A stretch of DNA of 64,000 nucleotides from Abditibacterium sp. (GTDB lineage Bacteria; Armatimonadota; Abditibacteriia; Abditibacteriales; Abditibacteriaceae). The translations under genes and the position numbers were made by a program. The notes under the pieces are model-generated. The model made no database searches, was not told the origin of the DNA, and saw only the letters and a list, made by a program, of their open reading frames with translations. Numbering within the stretch: the first letter of the stretch is position 1; every line of letters begins with the position of its first letter. The stretch covers positions 3,328,001-3,392,000 of the forward strand of contig CBDASK010000003.1 of assembly GCA_965199495.1 (NCBI GenBank), read 5' to 3'. Of this stretch, positions 59,783-64,000 are shown piece by piece.

Positions 59783-60682
59783 ATGAATCAACTCATCATC
59801 GCGATTATCGGCCCGACGGCGAGCGGCAAAACCGCGCTCGCCATCGAAGTCGCGCGCCGCCTAAACGGCGAAATCGTCAACTGCGACGCGATGCAAATCT
59901 ATCGCGAATGCGACATCGTCACCGCCAAACCAACGCCGCTCGAACGCGAAAGCGCGCCGCATCATCTGTTGGACATTTGCGCGCCCGACGAACAATTTTC
60001 GGCGGCGCAATGGGCGCAGTTGGCGACCGATAAAATCGCCGAAATTCGCGGGCGCGGCAAAGCGCCGATTGTTTGCGGCGGCACCGGCTTCTATTTGCGC
60101 GCCTTGTTAGAACCGCAACGATTGAGCGCGCCCGCGCCCGACGAAGCATTGCGCGCGCAATTGGAAACGCGTTTGGAACGCGAGGGCATCGCGGTTTTGC
60201 TGAAAGAACTGGGGCAAATGGCGCCCGACATCGCGGCGAAGTTGGAGCCAAACGATCATTATCGTGTGATTCGCGCGCTGCAAATCGCGCATCAAACCGC
60301 GCGCGGCGATGCGGCCACGGCGACTGACTCACCAGTTGAAGCGCAGGTTTTCGCGTTGAATTGGCCGCGCGAAACGCTTTACCGCCGCATCAATATGCGC
60401 GTTGACGCGATGTTGCAAGCGGGGGCGCTGGACGAAACGCGCGCTTTGTTGGACAAGTGGGGCCGCTACGCGCCGTGGGCGAGCGGTGTCGGTTACAAGC
60501 AATTGCTCGACGTTTTGGAAGATCAGGTGCCACTCGAAGACGCGATGCGCGATTGGAAACAGGCGTCGCGCCGTTACGCGAAGCGGCAGGAAACGTGGTT
60601 TCGCCATCAAACCAACGCGACGTGGCTGGATGCGACGCGCGATATTTCGGAGCTTGGAGACCAGATAGCGGATTTCGGATAG
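59783..60682 (+). CDS. miaA: tRNA dimethylallyltransferase
   Basis: IIGPTASGKT, DAMQIY, TAKP, PHHLLD, GGTGFY and RRYAKRQETWF motifs. Confidence 0.96.
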   Translation: MNQLIIAIIGPTASGKTALAIEVARRLNGEIVNCDAMQIYRECDIVTAKPTPLERESAPHHLLDICAPDEQFSAAQWAQLATDKIAEIRGRGKAPIVCGGTGFYLRALLEPQRLSAPAPDEALRAQLETRLEREGIAVLLKELGQMAPDIAAKLEPNDHYRVIRALQIAHQTARGDAATATDSPVEAQVFALNWPRETLYRRINMRVDAMLQAGALDETRALLDKWGRYAPWASGVGYKQLLDVLEDQVPLEDAMRDWKQASRRYAKRQETWFRHQTNATWLDATRDISELGDQIADFG

Positions 60683-60897
60683 CGGATTTCGGATAGGGGC
60701 GCGTGGTGTCATTTCGAGTGAGGCACGAGCCGAGAAATCTTGCGCCCGCGCGGCAGCGCAGTTCGAGCGGTTTTCACTTTTAGATTTACGCCTCATCGCC
60801 GCTGGCGCGGGGCCGCAAGATTTCTCGGTTCGTGCCTCGCTCGAAATGACACCGCGCGCCTTATCCGAAATCTGCTATCCGACATCCGAAATTTGCT
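60663..60897. mobile_element. TGTCATTTCGAG-family element copy 3, wrapped in inverted heptamer arrays overlapping the miaA stop
   Basis: Core arms 60707-60741 and 60817-60851; flanking gcggatt/tcggata heptamers. Confidence 0.8.
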
Positions 60898-60938
60898 ATT
60901 CTTAAAAACGCGTTCCCGCGCGGGGCGTTTGAATTCTC

Positions 60939-61850
60939 ATGTCTCTTGAAATTTCTTTCACGAAAATGCACGGCTCCGGCAACGATCACATCATGATTGA
61001 TTGCATCAATAACCCGATGCCGCCCGAAAACATTATGCCCGAACTGGCCAAGCGCTCCTGCGCTCGCAATTTTGGCGTGGGCGCCGACGGCCTGATTCTG
61101 ATTATGGAAGACGAAGAGGGCGACGCTGATTATCGCATGAGAATGTGGAATCCCGACGGTTCCGAAGCCGAAATGTGCGGCAACGGCATTCGTTGTTTCG
61201 CCAAATATCTCTTCGACCAAGGCATAATCGAGGCGCGCCCAATTTCGGTCGCGACAGAACAGGGTTTGCAGAGCATCGAAATCGTCGGCGGTCAGAATCG
61301 CAATGCGTCCTCGACGCAGGTGCGCGTGGATATGGGCGCGCCGCGTTTGTTGCGCTCGCAGATTCCGATGGCTTTGCACGAGGGAAATGGCGGCGACGGG
61401 CGCATCGTGGATTATCCGCTCGATGTCAATGGCGAGACTTTTCGCATCACGGCGGTTTCGATGGGCAACCCGCACGTCGTGATTTTCGTGGACGATGTCG
61501 AAACCGTGCCGCTCAAAGAAATCGGTTTGGAAATCGAGCATCACCATGATTTTCCCCAGCGCACCAACGTCCATTTCGTGCAAATGATGGGGCCACGCAA
61601 ACTGTGGGTGCGCCACTGGGAACGCGGCGCGGGCGATACTCTGGCGTGCGGAACCGGCGCCTGCGCGTGCGTCGTGGCTGCTGCGCTGAACAGCAAACTG
61701 CCCGAAGGCGACCGCAGCGCGATGACGCATCTGCCCGGCGGCGACCTCAACATCGAATGGGCGGGCAACGACCACGTTTATATGACCGGCCCCGCCAAAA
61801 CCGTGTTTTCCGGCACGTTGAGCCGCGAGTTCCTCAAAGGTTTGATTTAA
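60939..61850 (+). CDS. dapF: Diaminopimelate epimerase
   Basis: FTKMHGSGND, NPDGSEAEMCGNGIRC, MGNPH and ERGAG.TLACGTGA motifs. Confidence 0.98.
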   Translation: MSLEISFTKMHGSGNDHIMIDCINNPMPPENIMPELAKRSCARNFGVGADGLILIMEDEEGDADYRMRMWNPDGSEAEMCGNGIRCFAKYLFDQGIIEARPISVATEQGLQSIEIVGGQNRNASSTQVRVDMGAPRLLRSQIPMALHEGNGGDGRIVDYPLDVNGETFRITAVSMGNPHVVIFVDDVETVPLKEIGLEIEHHHDFPQRTNVHFVQMMGPRKLWVRHWERGAGDTLACGTGACACVVAAALNSKLPEGDRSAMTHLPGGDLNIEWAGNDHVYMTGPAKTVFSGTLSREFLKGLI

Positions 61851-61861
61851 CTGGGAGCATC

Positions 61862-62218
61862 ATGCCAATTTTAGCCACCGAAGTTGCTGAACCCGCCATC
61901 CAGACGGGCACCCAATTTTCGCCCGAAATTTTCTCTGACGAGGACGTGAATTTGGATAAGCCGTGGAATGTCGTTTTGCTCGACGACGACAATCATTCTT
62001 ACGAATATGTCATCGAAATGCTGGGCGTTTTATTTGGTTACGCGATTGACAAAGCCTATCTCATGGCGTGCGAAGTGGACGAAGAAAAACGCGTCATCGT
62101 GTGGACGGGCCATCGTGAAATCGCCGAACTCAAGCAGGAACAAATTCACGAATATGGCCCCGATTGGCGTATGGTCAGCGAGGGTTCGATGAGCGCCGTT
62201 TTGCAACAAGCGCGCTAA
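61862..62218 (+). CDS. clpS: ATP-dependent Clp protease adaptor ClpS
   Basis: WNVVLLDDDNHSYEYVIEML..F and E.AE.K motifs. Confidence 0.85.
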   Translation: MPILATEVAEPAIQTGTQFSPEIFSDEDVNLDKPWNVVLLDDDNHSYEYVIEMLGVLFGYAIDKAYLMACEVDEEKRVIVWTGHREIAELKQEQIHEYGPDWRMVSEGSMSAVLQQAR

Positions 62219-62286
62219 TTTCGGTTGAGAACCTTCAAAGTTAAGGCGCGCAATCGGCGAAAATTTCGCGTGGGCTTGGCGATTGC

Positions 62287-63351
62287 GTGAAATTCATAAG
62301 CATGTCATCGCTGCCTTTAATTTTACTGATTCTCATTTTTGTCGGCGCGGCGGTCGGCGTCTGGTTCGCGGGCATTCGTTTGTCGCAGGCGACCGACGTG
62401 TTGAGCAAAAAATATGGCTTGGGCCAAGCATTAGGCGGCCTGATTTTGCTGGCGTTCGCCACCAACTTGCCCGAAATCGCCATCACCGCGAGCGGCGCGC
62501 TTAAAGGCGATGTCGGCATTGCCGTCGGCAATATTCTGGGCGGCATTGCGCTGCAAACCGTGGTTTTAGTGGCGCTCGATGTTTTCGGAATGGGCAAAAA
62601 AATCGGCCTGACTTATAGCGCGTCATCGCTCGAACTGGTTATCGAAGGCGTCGCCGTCATCGCGATTTTGACGGCGACGGTGATGTCCACGCAATTGCCG
62701 TCGTCATTGATTTTCGCGCGCGTCACGCCGGGCGGATTGTCAATTGTCGCGTTGTGGATCGCCGGTTTGTGGCTGGTCAATCACGCTCGCACCGGTTTGC
62801 CCTGGCAAGACAAAGGCGACGCGCCCGGTGGACAGGACACTCCGGGCGGTGGCGAGAAAGCTAAACACAAGCCCAAACTCAAGCCCGACAAAGCGTTGTG
62901 GGTTTTTGGCCTCGGCGCCGTTGTGACTTTGATTTGTGGCGTCTTGCTCGAAACTTCGGGCGACGCCATCGCCAAACATTGGGGCATGAGCGGCGTATTG
63001 TTTGGCGCGACAGTGCTGGCCGCAGCCACGTCGCTGCCCGAACTCTCGACAGGGCTGGCTTCGATGAAATTGGGCGACCATAAATTAGCGATCAGCGATA
63101 TTTTCGGCGGCAACGCGTTTTTGCCCACGCTCTTTTTGCTGGCAACGCTATTATCGGGCAAAGCCGTTTTGCCACACGCCCATAAAACCGATATTTATCT
63201 GACTGGTTTGGGAATGCTCTTAACGTCGATTTACATCGTCGGCTTAATTTTTCGGCCCAAAAAACAGATCGCGCGCATGGGCATAGATTCGCTCGCGGTT
63301 TTGATTGTTTACGCCATCGGCATCGTCGGGTTATTCGCGATTGGAAATTAA
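62287..63351 (+). CDS. Sodium:calcium antiporter (CaCA family)
   Basis: ATNLPE and ATSLPE alpha repeats; GNILGG and DIFGGN. Confidence 0.9.
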   Translation: MKFISMSSLPLILLILIFVGAAVGVWFAGIRLSQATDVLSKKYGLGQALGGLILLAFATNLPEIAITASGALKGDVGIAVGNILGGIALQTVVLVALDVFGMGKKIGLTYSASSLELVIEGVAVIAILTATVMSTQLPSSLIFARVTPGGLSIVALWIAGLWLVNHARTGLPWQDKGDAPGGQDTPGGGEKAKHKPKLKPDKALWVFGLGAVVTLICGVLLETSGDAIAKHWGMSGVLFGATVLAAATSLPELSTGLASMKLGDHKLAISDIFGGNAFLPTLFLLATLLSGKAVLPHAHKTDIYLTGLGMLLTSIYIVGLIFRPKKQIARMGIDSLAVLIVYAIGIVGLFAIGN

Positions 63352-63716
63352 TCGTCGCCGAGCGCGCTTTCCAAATGCGTTTGAATATCGCGCGCGCCAT
63401 GCAGAACGCGTAACATTTCGAGGCCGTTGGCTGAGGCAAACGGGCGATAGAGAATGACGTAAGTTTTAAAGTTCTGAACTGGCCATTGCCGAATGCCGTG
63501 CAGTTGTGGATTGGAGAAAAATTGCGGCGAACCGAGATGGGGAAATTCGGCCAAGTCTTTCAACGTTTGGGCGAGAGACTCGTAAAAACGCGGGATAACT
63601 TCGCGGTTACTGCGCCCCAGATAAGCCGCGATGTCCATGACATCGGTTTGCGAGGCTGGCGTGCCCAACACGCCCGGCACCAAAAATATCAAATCTTCTT
63701 GATTTTCGGCGCTCAT
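63348..63716 (-). CDS. RelE/ParE-family toxin
   Basis: D..DIA.Y, LAEFP.LG and YVILYR..EMLRVLHGARDI motifs. Confidence 0.85.
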   Translation of the reverse strand: MSAENQEDLIFLVPGVLGTPASQTDVMDIAAYLGRSNREVIPRFYESLAQTLKDLAEFPHLGSPQFFSNPQLHGIRQWPVQNFKTYVILYRPFASANGLEMLRVLHGARDIQTHLESALGDD

Positions 63717-64000
63717 TTTTGCGCCCCATTTTTGGCGCTTTGTTGCTGCAAACGCGCCTCGACCCCAGCGTGAACGGTCTTCCACCAATTCTCATCCAGC
63801 GGCTCGCCGGGGCCGGAATTGATGCCTTCGAGCAACAACCGTTCTAATTCGGTATCGTCATCGGCGCCCGCACTTTGCGCGCGCTCGCGCGCCTCGCGCG
63901 CCAATTCGCTCACGAATTCATCGGCGCTGATTTGGCGCGAAGTCGCTTGCTGCTCGATCCACTGGCTCACGTCTTCGGATAGCGTAATTGTTCTGCTCAT
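63713..64000 (-). CDS. ParD-like antitoxin
   Basis: TITLSEDVSQWIEQQ..LERLLLEGINSG; ATGA overlap with the toxin; start lies at the window edge. Confidence 0.8.
   Translation of the reverse strand: MSRTITLSEDVSQWIEQQATSRQISADEFVSELAREARERAQSAGADDDTELERLLLEGINSGPGEPLDENWWKTVHAGVEARLQQQSAKNGAQK

Overview
A gene-dense, GC-rich bacterial chromosomal segment. The gene content (DUF1559 prepilin-like protein with H-X9-DG tail, rny-spoVS, Lnt, many CRTAC1/ASPIC proteins) suggests Armatimonadota/Abditibacteriota; this taxonomy is inference only. Housekeeping genes (gnd, comEA, half of carB, cspA, mazG, yebC, secY, cysS, eno, ftsB, lnt, rny, spoVS, miaA, dapF, clpS) are mixed with accessory blocks: an ASPIC/UnbV plus UnbU-like operon (7.2-15.9 kb), two toxin-antitoxin pairs, and five secreted beta-propeller paralogues that share an almost invariant C-terminus (37.6-45.5 kb). 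The strongest signal not explained by genes is a non-palindromic 9-mer, CGTGGCTGC. I counted 24 exact copies by eye, 12 per strand and in several reading frames, which resembles a DNA-uptake sequence. Other notable items are about 13 long intergenic inverted-repeat elements with nested, interchangeable shells; a SigB/F-type sigma factor fused to a degenerate GGDEF domain that keeps an RxxD motif; a stand-alone secY; a split CarB; and widespread leaderless-type promoters. I recognised no rRNA, tRNA, CRISPR array, transposase or integrase. All counts and coordinates were read manually, and family calls come from motif recognition rather than database searches.
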